NCBI GenBank assembly: GCA_036274595.1
Contig: DASUFL010000147.1
Location: forward strand, 26,532 to 90,531
Direction of reading: 5' to 3'
Source: Candidatus Eiseniibacteriota bacterium
Lineage (GTDB): Bacteria > Eisenbacteria > RBG-16-71-46 > SZUA-252
DNA: 64,000 nt
The position numbers were made by a program, and so were the translations under genes. Below are positions 51,293 to 60,866 of this stretch, piece by piece; within the stretch, counting starts at the first letter, position 1, and every line of letters starts with the position of its first letter. The notes beneath the pieces were generated by a model. It worked only from the letters and a program-made list of their open reading frames with translations, was not told where the DNA came from and did not search any database.

Positions 51293-51934
51293 TCAGCCCG
51301 CTTCGCGCAACAGGGAGCGGACCTTCGTCTTCAGGAGATCGATCGCGACCGCGTTGTAGCCCCCTTCGGGAATCACGAGATCGGCGTAGCGCTTCGAGGG
51401 CTCGACGAACTGGAGGTGCATGGGGCGCACGCTCGCCTCGTACTGGCGGATCACCTGGTCGAGGGTCCGTCCGCGCTCGGTCAGGTCGCGCTTGAGCCTC
51501 CGGATGAACCGGATGTCGGGATCCGCGTCGACGTAGAGCTTGATGTCCATGAGCTGGCGGATCGCCGGATCGTCGAGGATCAGGATCCCGTCCAGGATGA
51601 TGATGCGGCGCCCCTTGACCTTCACCGGCTGCGGATGTCGCGTGTGCGTCCGCATGTCGTAGATCGGGATGTCGGCTTCGCCGCCCGCGAGGAGCGCCTC
51701 GAGATGGCTGCGCAGGAGATCGCGGTCGAACGCGTCGGGATGGTCGAAATTGCGGCTTTCGCGCTCCCCGAGCGGGATGTTGGTGAGATCCTTGTAGTAG
51801 GAGTCCTGCTCGAGGATCAGGACCTTCTCGGAGCCGATGTCCTCGGCGATGGACTGCGCAACGAGGGTCTTGCCCGCTCCCGTGCCGCCCGCGATGCCGA
51901 TGAGGATGCCGCGCCGGTTGGCCCCCGGCGTCAC
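51293..51934 (-). CDS. udk: Uridine kinase
   Basis: GIAGGTGAGKT (P-loop), ILEQDSYYKD, ILDGILIL; strong family match. Confidence 0.85.
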   Translation of the reverse strand: MTPGANRRGILIGIAGGTGAGKTLVAQSIAEDIGSEKVLILEQDSYYKDLTNIPLGERESRNFDHPDAFDRDLLRSHLEALLAGGEADIPIYDMRTHTRHPQPVKVKGRRIIILDGILILDDPAIRQLMDIKLYVDADPDIRFIRRLKRDLTERGRTLDQVIRQYEASVRPMHLQFVEPSKRYADLVIPEGGYNAVAIDLLKTKVRSLLREAG

Positions 51935-52479
51935 CGAGCGGCCTCCGGAACGCGATCGGGCTCGAGCTCCATCGGCTGGATGGCGGCGATGTAGGGGAGA
52001 TGGCGGAAGCGCTCGGCGAAGTCGAGACCGTAGCCCACGAGGAAGCGGTCGGGGACCACGAAGCCGACGTAGTCGAGCGGGACCTCGCGCTCGCGCCGCT
52101 CGCGCTTGTCGAGGAGGGTCGCGATCTTGAGCGACCGGGGACCGCGCGCGAGGAGCGTGTCCCTGAGGAAGGAGAGCGTGTGCCCGCTGTCCACGATATC
52201 CTCGACCAGGATCACGTCGCGCCCGGCGATCCCGCGCTCGAGGTCCTTCACGAGGCGCGGAGCGCGGCTCGACTCGCTGGACGAGCCGTAGGACGTCACG
52301 CTCACGAAATCGAGCTCGTGCGGGATCGGGATGGCTCGCATGAGATCGGCGACGAAGAAGATGCAGCCGTTCAGGACGCCGACGAGAAGGGGGGTGCCGT
52401 GGGGGTGGTCCCGAGCGATCTGCTTGCCCAGCTCCCCGATCCGGCGGTGGATATCAGCCGTTCCGATCAGCACTTCCAT
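51931..52479 (-). CDS. hpt: Hypoxanthine(-guanine) phosphoribosyltransferase
   Basis: VILVEDIVDSGHTL (PRPP-binding motif). 182 aa. The stop overlaps the udk start. Confidence 0.85.
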   Translation of the reverse strand: MEVLIGTADIHRRIGELGKQIARDHPHGTPLLVGVLNGCIFFVADLMRAIPIPHELDFVSVTSYGSSSESSRAPRLVKDLERGIAGRDVILVEDIVDSGHTLSFLRDTLLARGPRSLKIATLLDKRERREREVPLDYVGFVVPDRFLVGYGLDFAERFRHLPYIAAIQPMELEPDRVPEAAR

Positions 52480-52658
52480 GGCGAGGCGGCTCTCCCGTTG
52501 GCCCGCGGCACTCTAGCATCCGTGGAAGCGGGGTGTCAAACCGCCGGCGGGGCCCGGCAATTCCGCGCAAGTTCCATCCCGGCTTGCCGATAATAGGCGG
52601 AGACTCGCGCAGGGCAGCTGCTCCTCGAGGGAGGAAGGGCTTGGCCGAGCAGGTCGTC

Positions 52659-53030
52659 ATGGAGCGAAGGAACGGGCAGCGGAGGCGGTCCGACCGGCGG
52701 GCCCAGGGGCGCATGGAGCAGCAGATGCTCTACCTCCTCTGGGGCATCGGCATTCTCAACTACACGGACGCCGCCCAGACGGTCTACCTGCTCAATGCGA
52801 AGCTGATGATCGAGGCCAACCGCATCATGGCCTTCCTCCTCGACCGTTCGCCGTACGTCTTCTGGATGTACAAGACGCTCGTCCCCACGCTCGGCTGCGT
52901 GCTCCTCTGGCGCTACCGGAGGAAAGTGCGCTGGCTCTACGGCGCGGTGCTCACCGTCTTCGCCGTCTATCTCACGGTCGTGATCCGAAGCTTCCTCTAC
53001 ATGGTCCTGCCGATCGCGCCGCACGCCTGA
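52659..53030 (+). CDS. Small membrane protein, unknown function (Arg-rich N-terminus, 3 TM helices)
   Basis: The ATG at 52659 gives MERRNGQRRRSDRRAQGRMEQQ... followed by 3 hydrophobic helices. The upstream 126 nt of the ORF in the track is low-complexity and is rejected. Confidence 0.35.
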   Translation: MERRNGQRRRSDRRAQGRMEQQMLYLLWGIGILNYTDAAQTVYLLNAKLMIEANRIMAFLLDRSPYVFWMYKTLVPTLGCVLLWRYRRKVRWLYGAVLTVFAVYLTVVIRSFLYMVLPIAPHA

Positions 53031-53215
53031 CCGCCGCCTCGTTCCGCCCGCCGTGCAAGATTCCACTGGGTGGCTTTTCGCATCACCGTGGCGGCCTGGG
53101 CGCAAACACCCAGCCGCGGCCGGCGTCGCGCTGGCCGCTGGAACTTTCTGTGAAATCGTAGGTTCAGCCCATTGGTACCGCTTGCCGATGGGCCGGCTGT
53201 CGGTGCAATTTCCAA

Positions 53216-53232
53216 TGGCATGACACGTGCAA
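53216..53232 (+). promoter_or_regulatory. Sigma-54-like -24/-12 element TGGCAT-N5-GTGCA upstream of a hypothetical gene
   Basis: GG at 53217-53218 and GC at 53229-53230 have the correct spacing. It is flanked by the direct repeat GTGCAATT(T)CC at 53201-53212 and 53226-53236, and lies 46 nt upstream of the ATG at 53278. Two mismatches to the consensus. Confidence 0.25.
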
Positions 53233-53277
53233 TTCCCCCCTCCGGCGCGCTTGTTGCGCCTGGACAGGGGGTGTCCT

Positions 53278-54081
53278 ATGGGCGGTCCACACTATCTGAA
53301 GCTGGCGATTCAGCCCGACCTCAAAGCGCCGTCCGCGCACGAGGACGTCGGCTACTTCTTCATCAACAGCTTCCTCCTCTCGCGCATCGATTCCGACCTT
53401 CCGTCCGACCTCGCCGAGTTCGACGAGGACGTGAACATCTACACGGCGTCGCTCCTCTCCGGCGTGGTGTCGGGGCGCGAGGATCTGCTCCGCGCCGACC
53501 TCGTCTCGACGCGCGACGCGGACGTGTTCGCGCGGGTCCAGGAGAGCAAGGACCAGCGCCATCGCTATCGCGTGTACAAGGCGAACGCGGACTTCCTCTA
53601 CGTCTCGCTCGGCATCTTCAGCGAGGGCATGGCGGGCGTGGATCCCATGCGCGCCACCGACGAGGACTCCGACCGTCTCACGGGACGCGGCAAGTCCTAC
53701 TACCAGTTCGCGTCCGCGTACGCCGAGCGGCTCTACGGTCCCAAGGCGGGCATCACCGAGGTCATGGACAAGCTCTCGCGGAATTTCGAGGCCTACACCA
53801 GGGTCATGACCTGGATGAGCGGCGAGTACCTGAATCTCGTGCGCCGGCTGAGCGCGGGCGAGGTCTTCCATATCGAGCGCTCCGCGCAGGAAACGTTCGA
53901 AGGCGAGCACAGGCGCGCGACCTGGGACGCGCTCCTCGACAGCTACGTGGAGTGGCAGAAGACCCACGCGAAGGACGCCCGCCGCCGGCTCATGCGCGCC
54001 GCGCGCGAGCTCAAGCGCATCGATCCGGAGTTCTCGCTCCGCGTCTTCCGCGAGAAGTGGGGCCCTCCCCGGCGTCCGTAG
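53278..54081 (+). CDS. Hypothetical cytoplasmic protein, no recognisable domain
   Basis: 267 aa from an ATG at 53278 (MGGPHYLKLAIQPD...). Charged, non-repetitive composition. It is consistently coding in this frame while the antisense 808 aa ORF in the track is an artefact. Confidence 0.4.
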   Translation: MGGPHYLKLAIQPDLKAPSAHEDVGYFFINSFLLSRIDSDLPSDLAEFDEDVNIYTASLLSGVVSGREDLLRADLVSTRDADVFARVQESKDQRHRYRVYKANADFLYVSLGIFSEGMAGVDPMRATDEDSDRLTGRGKSYYQFASAYAERLYGPKAGITEVMDKLSRNFEAYTRVMTWMSGEYLNLVRRLSAGEVFHIERSAQETFEGEHRRATWDALLDSYVEWQKTHAKDARRRLMRAARELKRIDPEFSLRVFREKWGPPRRP

Positions 54082-54135
54082 CTCCTTCTCGATCCCCAGG
54101 AACGCCTGAAGCGGCCGCCCGAGCGGCCCCTTCGT

Positions 54136-54164
54136 TTGACACCCCCCGCGCCGTCCAGTAGCTT
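54136..54164 (+). promoter_or_regulatory. Sigma-70-type promoter candidate TTGACA-N17-TAGCTT, implying a (near-)leaderless hom transcript
   Basis: TTGACA at 54136-54141, a spacer beginning CCCCCC, and TAGCTT at 54159-54164. The predicted transcription start at ~54171 is 4 nt before the hom ATG at 54175. Confidence 0.4.
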
Positions 54165-54174
54165 GGACCGGCTC

Positions 54175-55473
54175 ATGAATTCTCCTCTGCGAATCGGCAT
54201 GCTCGGCTGCGGCGTGGTGGGTACGGGACTCCTCCACTTGCTGCGCGATCGCGCCTCCGAGATCGAGCAGGCGGTGGGCGCGCCTCTCCGTGTGACGCGC
54301 GTCGCCGTGGCGGATCCGAAGAAGCGGCGCGAAGCCGCGCTCGAGGGCGCGACCCTGGGCGGCGACGCGATGGCCGTCGCGGAGGCGGACGACATCGACC
54401 TCCTCGTCGAGGTGATGGGAGGCGCCGACCGGGCGCTCCCTCCCGTCACGCGCGCGCTCGAGCGCGGCCTCCCGGTCGTCACCGCGAACAAGCTCCTCGT
54501 GGCGCACCACGGCGCCGAGCTCGAGGCCGTGGCCGCGCGCACGGGAGCCGCGCTTCGCTACGAAGCCTCCGTCGCCGGCGTGATCCCGGTGCTCCAGAGC
54601 CTGGACCACGGCCTCCGCACCGAGCGCTTCGAGCTCCTCGTCGGGATCCTGAACGGGACGACGAACTACATCCTCTCGACGATGGAACGGGAGGGGCGCG
54701 ACTTCGCCGAAGCGCTCGAAGCGGCGCGGAAGCTGGGCTTCGCGGAGTCGGACCCAAGCCTCGATCTCTCCGGCGCCGACACCGCGCAGAAGCTCACGAT
54801 CCTCGTGCGGCGCGCGTTCCCCGCGTCGATCGAGCCCTCGTCCATCCCGACCGAGGGGATCGTGGGCATGGAGCTCGAGGATCTCCGCCAGGCGGACCGC
54901 TTCGGCTACGTGGCGAAGCTCCTCGGCATCGCGATGCGGACGCCGGGGGGCCTCGACGTGCGGGTCCATCCCGCGTTCATCCCGAAGCGCTACCTCCTCG
55001 CGTCGGTGCGGGACGAGTTCAACGGGATCTACCTGCGCGGGGAGGCTTCGGGATCGATGATGCTCTACGGGAAGGGGGCCGGGGCGTTTCCCACCGCGCA
55101 GGCCGTGCTCGGCGACGTCCTCGCGCTCGCGAAGGAGCGAAGCCGCGCAGGCGCGCCGGCGCGCCCGGCGCGGCGTCCGAAGCGCGAGGAGGAGCTCACG
55201 CGGCTCTCGCCGGACGAGGTGCGCACGAAGTACTACCTCCGCCTCATCGTCGAGGATCGTCCCGGCGTTCTGGCGCAGGTCGCGCACCGGCTCGGCGGCG
55301 CCGGCGTGAGCGTGGCGCAGATGTTCCAGGAGCCGGGCGTGCGCGGCGAGTCCTCCATCACGATGCTCACCCACGAGGCGCGCGACAAGGACGTGCGCGA
55401 CGCCGTCCAGGCGATCGCCGCGCTCCCCGCCATCCGCAAGAAGCCGCGCGCCGTCCGGATCTTCGACATTTGA
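54175..55473 (+). CDS. hom: Homoserine dehydrogenase
   Basis: MNSPLRIGMLGCGVVGTG (NAD-binding), the catalytic region NGTTNYILSTM, and a C-terminal ACT domain (YYLRLIVEDRPGVLAQVAHRL). Confidence 0.9.
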   Translation: MNSPLRIGMLGCGVVGTGLLHLLRDRASEIEQAVGAPLRVTRVAVADPKKRREAALEGATLGGDAMAVAEADDIDLLVEVMGGADRALPPVTRALERGLPVVTANKLLVAHHGAELEAVAARTGAALRYEASVAGVIPVLQSLDHGLRTERFELLVGILNGTTNYILSTMEREGRDFAEALEAARKLGFAESDPSLDLSGADTAQKLTILVRRAFPASIEPSSIPTEGIVGMELEDLRQADRFGYVAKLLGIAMRTPGGLDVRVHPAFIPKRYLLASVRDEFNGIYLRGEASGSMMLYGKGAGAFPTAQAVLGDVLALAKERSRAGAPARPARRPKREEELTRLSPDEVRTKYYLRLIVEDRPGVLAQVAHRLGGAGVSVAQMFQEPGVRGESSITMLTHEARDKDVRDAVQAIAALPAIRKKPRAVRIFDI

Positions 55474-56528
55474 GCGCCTGGCGCGGGCTCCTCCGAGAGT
55501 TCCGGGACATCCTGCCCGCCGTTCCCGAGGCGTCGGTCGTGACGCTCCTCGAGGGGAACACGCCCCTGATCCCGGCGCCCGCGCTCGCAAAGCGCATTCG
55601 CCCGGGACTCGAGCTCTATCTCAAGTTCGAGGGCATGAACCCGACCGGCTCGTTCAAGGACCGCGGCATGACCGTGGCGGTCTCCCGCGCCAAGGCAAAA
55701 GGCGCGCGCGTGGTCCTCTGCGCTTCGACCGGGAACACCTCCGCGTCGGCGGCGGCGTACGCCGCGCGCGCGGGGCTTCGGTGCGCGGTCGTGATCCCGG
55801 ACGGGCAGATCGCGCTCGGCAAGCTCGCGCAGGCGATGGTGCACGGCGCGCGCGTGCTCGCCGTGCGCGGCAATTTCGATCGGGCGCTCGAGCTCGTGCG
55901 CGAGCTTGGCGACGAGGGGGCCGCGGTGGTCGTGAACTCGATCAACCCCGACCGGATCGAGGGGCAGAAGACGATCGCCTACGAAATCGTGCGCCAGCTG
56001 GACGGGCGCGTGCCCGACCTGCACGCGCTTCCGGTCGGGAACGCCGGCAACATCACGGCGACCTGGAAGGGCTACTCCGAGCGGAGCGCGAAGGAAGGCG
56101 GGGGCTCGCCGCGCATGATGGGCTTCCAGGCCGAAGGCGCGGCTCCCATCGTGCGCGGCGCGCGCGTGATGGAGCCGAAGACCCTCGCGACCGCGATCAA
56201 GATCGGAAACCCCGCCTCGTGGCAGGGGGCGATCGACGCGCGCGACCGGTCGAAGGGTCTCATCGACATGGTGAGCGACGACGAGATCGTGGCGGCGTAC
56301 CGCGCCCTCGCCGACCTCGAGGGCGTCTTCGTCGAGCCCGCGTCCGCCGCGGGGGTGGCGGGCCTTCTCAAGATCGGCCCGAGCGGCGCCCTCGACCAGG
56401 CCAAGGTCGCGGTGTGCACGCTCACCGGCCACGGACTCAAAGATCCGGAGCGCGCGGTCCAGGTCTCGCCCAAGGTCGAGACCGTGAACGACGACGTGGC
56501 GGAGCTTCGAAAGGCGCTCCTCCCGTGA
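55470..56528 (+). CDS. thrC: Threonine synthase
   Basis: The TTG start overlaps the hom stop (TTGA). EGNTPLI..., FEGMNPTGSFKDRGM (PLP lysine motif). Confidence 0.9.
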   Translation: MSAWRGLLREFRDILPAVPEASVVTLLEGNTPLIPAPALAKRIRPGLELYLKFEGMNPTGSFKDRGMTVAVSRAKAKGARVVLCASTGNTSASAAAYAARAGLRCAVVIPDGQIALGKLAQAMVHGARVLAVRGNFDRALELVRELGDEGAAVVVNSINPDRIEGQKTIAYEIVRQLDGRVPDLHALPVGNAGNITATWKGYSERSAKEGGGSPRMMGFQAEGAAPIVRGARVMEPKTLATAIKIGNPASWQGAIDARDRSKGLIDMVSDDEIVAAYRALADLEGVFVEPASAAGVAGLLKIGPSGALDQAKVAVCTLTGHGLKDPERAVQVSPKVETVNDDVAELRKALLP

Positions 56529-56581
56529 GCCCGCGCGCGTCACGGAAGCGGCGCCCCGCGGGATTCAGCCAGTGGGGCGTG

Positions 56582-57484
56582 ATGGTGCCCGCGTCCACGT
56601 CGAATCTGGGACCCGGCTTCGATTGCCTCGGCCTGGCGCTCCGCGTGCATCTGGTCGCGACGGCGCGGCGCATTCCGGAGGGATTCTCGATCGAGCGGCG
56701 CGGCGAGGGATCCGATCTCGTTCTCGATCCGCACAAGGATCCCATCCTGAACGCCTTTCGCGAGATCTGCCGGCTCGCGAAGGAGCCCGTTCCCACCGTG
56801 GCGCTCACGATTCGATCCAAGATCCCGGTCGCCCGCGGTCTCGGATCGAGCGCCGCGGCGATCGTGGCGGGGCTCGCGCTCGCGAACCACTGGCTCGGCG
56901 ACCGCTTCGCTCCCGAGGATCTCTTCCGCGAGGCCGTGCGCCTGGAAGGGCATCCCGACAACGTGGCCCCCGCGCTCTATGGAGGCTTCGTGCTCTCGAT
57001 GCCGCGCTCCGACGGGGACATCGAGCCGCTCCGCCTACCGTCTCCGCGTGGGATCGCGCTCACGCTCGTCGTGCCCGACGTCCAGGTGAGCACGAAGGAG
57101 GCGCGCGCGCTCCTCCCGCGCAAGATCGCGCTCAAGGACGCGGCGGCGAACACCGCGCGCGCGCTGGCGCTCCTCCGCTCGCTCGCGACGGGACGCGTGG
57201 ATCTCTTGGCCGACGCGCTCCATGACGTGTACCATGTGCCTTATCGCGCTCGGCTCATCCCGGGCTATGAGCGCGCGGTGGAAGCGGGAGCGCGCGCAGG
57301 CGCGTTCGGGGTCACCATCAGCGGAAGCGGTCCCACGCTGCTCGCGTTTCACGCCCCGGGGACGATCGCGGGGACGCGGGTGGGCGTGGCCATGATCCGC
57401 GCCTTCGCGCGTGCCGGAGTGCACGCGCGGGCGATTCCGGGATCCATCGCGCCGCGGGGCGCGGTGACCCGCACCCTCGGCTAG
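56582..57484 (+). CDS. thrB: Homoserine kinase
   Basis: [20 protein letters not shown] (GHMP kinase N-terminal motif), [16 protein letters not shown] (ATP-binding loop). The GTG at 56525 is the alternative start. Confidence 0.85.
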   Translation: MVPASTSNLGPGFDCLGLALRVHLVATARRIPEGFSIERRGEGSDLVLDPHKDPILNAFREICRLAKEPVPTVALTIRSKIPVARGLGSSAAAIVAGLALANHWLGDRFAPEDLFREAVRLEGHPDNVAPALYGGFVLSMPRSDGDIEPLRLPSPRGIALTLVVPDVQVSTKEARALLPRKIALKDAAANTARALALLRSLATGRVDLLADALHDVYHVPYRARLIPGYERAVEAGARAGAFGVTISGSGPTLLAFHAPGTIAGTRVGVAMIRAFARAGVHARAIPGSIAPRGAVTRTLG

Positions 57485-57494
57485 GGGGCCGTCG

Positions 57495-58712
57495 CTGCCG
57501 CTGCTCGTCCAGAAATACGGCGGGACCTCGGTCGGTTCGCCCGAGCGCATCCAGAAGGTCGCCGACCGGATCGTCAAGACGCGCCGAGCCGGAACCGATC
57601 TCGTCGTCGTCGTCTCCGCGATGGGAGACACGACCGACGACCTCCTCGATCTCGCCGCCAAGGTCTCCGACCGGGCGCATCCGCGCGAGATGGACATGCT
57701 CCTCACCGCGGGGGAGCGCATCTCGATGGCTCTCGTCTCCATGGCCGTGAACGACCGGGGGCAGGAGGCGGTCTCCTTCACCGGCTCCCAGAGCGGCATC
57801 GTCACCGACACCTCCCACACGCGCGCCAAGATCCTCGAGGTCAAAGGGGACCGGATCCGCGAAGAGCTCGCACGCGGGCGAGTCGTGATCGTCGCGGGGT
57901 TCCAAGGGGTGAGCAAGGATCGGGAGGTGACCACGCTCGGCCGGGGAGGCTCGGACACGACGGCCGTGGCCCTGGCGGCCGCGCTCAGGGCGGAGTCCTG
58001 CGAGATCTACACCGACGTGGATGGGGTCTACACCGCGGACCCGCGCGTCGTACCGGATGCGCGCAAGCTGGACCAGCTCTCGTACGACGAGATGCTCGAG
58101 CTGGCCTCGCTCGGCGCCAAGGTTCTCCATCATCGCTCGGTCGAGATCGCGCGGCGCTTCCGGGTGCCGCTCCACGTCCGATCGAGCTTTCACGACGGCG
58201 AAGGGTCCAGAATCGGAAAGGGTGGCTCGATGGAACAGGTGGTGATCCGTGGCATCGCCCACGATCCGGACGTGGCGAAGATCGCGCTCCTGGGCGTACC
58301 CGACCGGCCGGGCGTGGCGGCGGAGATCTTCCGCGCCATCGGCGGGCAGGGGGTGAACGTCCGGATGATCGTCCAGGCGAGCGGATCGGATGGGAAGAAC
58401 GACGTGACCTTCGCCGTAGGATCTCATGAGGTGCGGGGCGTGCTGCCCCTGATCGAGGACGTGCGGAAGCGGATCGGCGCGCGCGCGTTCGTCTACGACC
58501 CGGATGTGGCCATCCTCTCCGTGGTCGGGGAGGGGCTCGCCACGTCGCCCGGCACGGCGGGCGAGGTCTTCGCGGCCCTCGCCGCGGAGAAGGTGAACAT
58601 CGACATCATCAGCACGTCCTCGATCACCATCACCTGCATCGTGCGGAAGGAAGACCTGGACCGCGCGGTGAAGGCGCTTCACGCCGCGCTCAAGCTGGAG
58701 CAGGAAGTCTAG
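57495..58712 (+). CDS. lysC: Aspartate kinase, probably initiated at a CTG codon
   Basis: The conserved N-terminus [25 protein letters not shown] (the kinase KFGGTS motif) is encoded at 57501-57575. There is no ATG/GTG/TTG between the in-frame stop at 57465 and the ATG at 57621, which would delete this motif. The CTG at 57495 lies 6 nt downstream of AGGGGG (57483-57488), which overlaps the thrB stop. Two C-terminal ACT domains are present. 405 aa from the CTG. Confidence 0.75.
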   Translation: MPLLVQKYGGTSVGSPERIQKVADRIVKTRRAGTDLVVVVSAMGDTTDDLLDLAAKVSDRAHPREMDMLLTAGERISMALVSMAVNDRGQEAVSFTGSQSGIVTDTSHTRAKILEVKGDRIREELARGRVVIVAGFQGVSKDREVTTLGRGGSDTTAVALAAALRAESCEIYTDVDGVYTADPRVVPDARKLDQLSYDEMLELASLGAKVLHHRSVEIARRFRVPLHVRSSFHDGEGSRIGKGGSMEQVVIRGIAHDPDVAKIALLGVPDRPGVAAEIFRAIGGQGVNVRMIVQASGSDGKNDVTFAVGSHEVRGVLPLIEDVRKRIGARAFVYDPDVAILSVVGEGLATSPGTAGEVFAALAAEKVNIDIISTSSITITCIVRKEDLDRAVKALHAALKLEQEV

Positions 58713-58734
58713 GACCAAGGATGGGAGATCCCCC

Positions 58735-59490
58735 ATGGGGTGGACCGAGAAGCCGTCGGTGCTCCGGCGCGGCGCGGCCCCGCCGGATCAACGCACGTCG
58801 GCGATCTTCATCGCCACGTCCTGCCTCCTCCATGTCGCCCTGCTCGCGTTCTTCGTGACCAAGGCGAGCCGGATCCAGGACATCGCGCTTCCGGCCTCGG
58901 GCGGACCTTCCCCGAAGACCCGCACGCAGCTCGTCCGCCTGACCCCGCTCCGCTCCTTCCCCAACGCGGAAGCCTCCGCGCCGGCGGCGGAGCCGGAGCG
59001 CGAGCGTCCCAAGCCCGCGCTCATCAAGCGCTACACCCCGGGAGCGAAGGTCGTGGTGCGCCCCGAGCGGGGCGCGGCCAAGAAGAGCGCCACGGACGAG
59101 ACCAAGTCTCCGCCGAAGACCGTGGCGGCCGCGCCGCAGGCGGACACGAGCCCGCGCTGGTACTCCGCCGATTCGACGAAGAGCACGAGCGTCGCGACCG
59201 ACGGCGACTTCCGCTGGGCCTATTACCTCGCCGCGATCCGGAACAAGATCGGCTCGCGCTGGGTACCTCCTCCGGGGATGGAGGGGCGGCTGGTCAAGGC
59301 CACGGTCTACTTCCGCATTCACAAAGACGGCCAGATTTCCGTCGCTTCCGTCGAGACCTCGTCGGGGTACGCTTTCTTCGATCAGACGGCGATGCGCGCG
59401 CTGCTCGCCGCCACACCGCTCCCGCCGCTCCCGGTGGGATACACGGACGACTACCTGGGGGTCCACTTTGGGTTCGAATACCAGCAGTAG
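58735..59490 (+). CDS. TonB-family C-terminal domain protein (TolA functional analogue)
   Basis: N-terminal TM anchor (SAIFIATSCLLHVALLAFFV), a Pro/Ala/Lys-rich linker, and a C-terminal TonB_C-like domain (YYLAAIRNKIGSRWVPPPG...VKATVYFRIHKDGQI...). Directly upstream of tolB. Confidence 0.6.
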   Translation: MGWTEKPSVLRRGAAPPDQRTSAIFIATSCLLHVALLAFFVTKASRIQDIALPASGGPSPKTRTQLVRLTPLRSFPNAEASAPAAEPERERPKPALIKRYTPGAKVVVRPERGAAKKSATDETKSPPKTVAAAPQADTSPRWYSADSTKSTSVATDGDFRWAYYLAAIRNKIGSRWVPPPGMEGRLVKATVYFRIHKDGQISVASVETSSGYAFFDQTAMRALLAATPLPPLPVGYTDDYLGVHFGFEYQQ

Positions 59491-60787
59491 CCGCTCCGCG
59501 CTCGCGCTCTACTTGGCGGTGGCGCTCCTTCTCGTCTGGCCGGGACGGGCCACCACGCAGACCGACGTGCGCATCGGCGTGAAGGCCTCCGGCACGCTCA
59601 AGTCGCCGCTCCTCCTCGAGCGCTTCCGCGCGGGCGCGGGGGCGGAGACCGACGCTCGCAATGCGCACGACGTCGTGCGACATGACTTCGATCTCTCCGG
59701 CGTCTTCGCGGTGGCCGACGTCGAGCCGCTCACGGAAAAGCTGACGCCGAATCCGGCGGAGCAGGGAACGGTCCGCGTGCAAGGAATCATCGAAATGGCG
59801 GGACCAGGGCTTCAGTTTTCGGGGGAAGTGCTCGATATCGGAAGTGGGGAGTCGGTCTTCAAGCGGTCGTATCCGACCACGCGCGGCGACATCAGGCGAA
59901 CGATGCACAAGTTCAACGACGACGTGATCGAGGCCCTGACCGGGGAGCGGGGCATCGCGGAGACCAAGATCGCGTTCGTGCGCACGACCGGACGGGTGAA
60001 GGAGATCTGGGTCGCCGACTACGACGGAGAGAACGGGCGCCCGCTCACGCACGACAACTCGATCGCGCTCTCGCCGGCCTGGGCGCCGTGGGGCTCGGAA
60101 ATCGCCTTCACCACGTTCAAGCGCGGGAACCCCGATCTCTATCTGTTCGATCTCGTGCGCGGCGCCTCGTATCCCTTCTCCACGCGTCCCGGGCTCAACA
60201 CGGCCCCTTGCTACTCCCCCGACGGGAAGTGGATCGCGTGCACGCTGACGCGCGACGGAAACGCCGAGATCTATCTTGTGAGCCGCGACGCGCAGACGGC
60301 GCGGCGCCTCACGCGGAACGGCCGGATCGACTCCTCGCCTTCCTTCAGCCCGACGGGGAACCAGATCGCGTTCACGTCCGACCGCTCCGGATCGCCGCAG
60401 GTCTACGTCATGGACACGGAGGGCTCGAACCAGAGGCTCATCACGCTGGAGGGGAAGTACAACGACTCGCCGCAGTGGTCCCCCAAGGGGGACCGGATCG
60501 TGTACGCGTCGCGGCACGACGCGGTCTTCGACGTGATCGTGATGGACGCGAACGGGCAGAACGCAGTCCAGGTCACCTTTCAAGCGGGGCACAACGAAAA
60601 CCCCCGCTGGTCCGCCGACGCGCGGAAGATCTACTTCAGCTCGACCCGCTCGGGACAGCGGCAGATCTTCATCATGAATCCGGACGGGAGCGACGTCGTC
60701 CAGCTCACGAACAAGGGGGGAGAGAGCTTCAATCCGGCCGCCGGTCCCAGGGCCAAGAAGCGCCTCCAGGCGGCCGGTTCGGGTTGA
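59468..60787 (+). CDS. tolB: Tol-Pal system beta-propeller protein TolB
   Basis: Signal peptide, an N-terminal TolB domain, and repeated PxxSPDGxxIAF/YxSxRxG beta-propeller blades (SPAWAPWGSEIAFT, SPDGKWIACT, SPTGNQIAFTSDRSGSPQVYVM). Confidence 0.85.
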   Translation: MGSNTSSSRSALALYLAVALLLVWPGRATTQTDVRIGVKASGTLKSPLLLERFRAGAGAETDARNAHDVVRHDFDLSGVFAVADVEPLTEKLTPNPAEQGTVRVQGIIEMAGPGLQFSGEVLDIGSGESVFKRSYPTTRGDIRRTMHKFNDDVIEALTGERGIAETKIAFVRTTGRVKEIWVADYDGENGRPLTHDNSIALSPAWAPWGSEIAFTTFKRGNPDLYLFDLVRGASYPFSTRPGLNTAPCYSPDGKWIACTLTRDGNAEIYLVSRDAQTARRLTRNGRIDSSPSFSPTGNQIAFTSDRSGSPQVYVMDTEGSNQRLITLEGKYNDSPQWSPKGDRIVYASRHDAVFDVIVMDANGQNAVQVTFQAGHNENPRWSADARKIYFSSTRSGQRQIFIMNPDGSDVVQLTNKGGESFNPAAGPRAKKRLQAAGSG

Positions 60788-60866
60788 CCCTCCAGGGTAC
60801 GTATGGTAGGTTGTACCCGTGTGGAAGTTGTTGCGCGCCAACACAATGAATCAAGGAGGACCACAG

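Noticed and set aside
53164-55590. 808 aa minus-strand ORF
   Set aside because: Antisense to the hypothetical gene and to hom; low-complexity translation.
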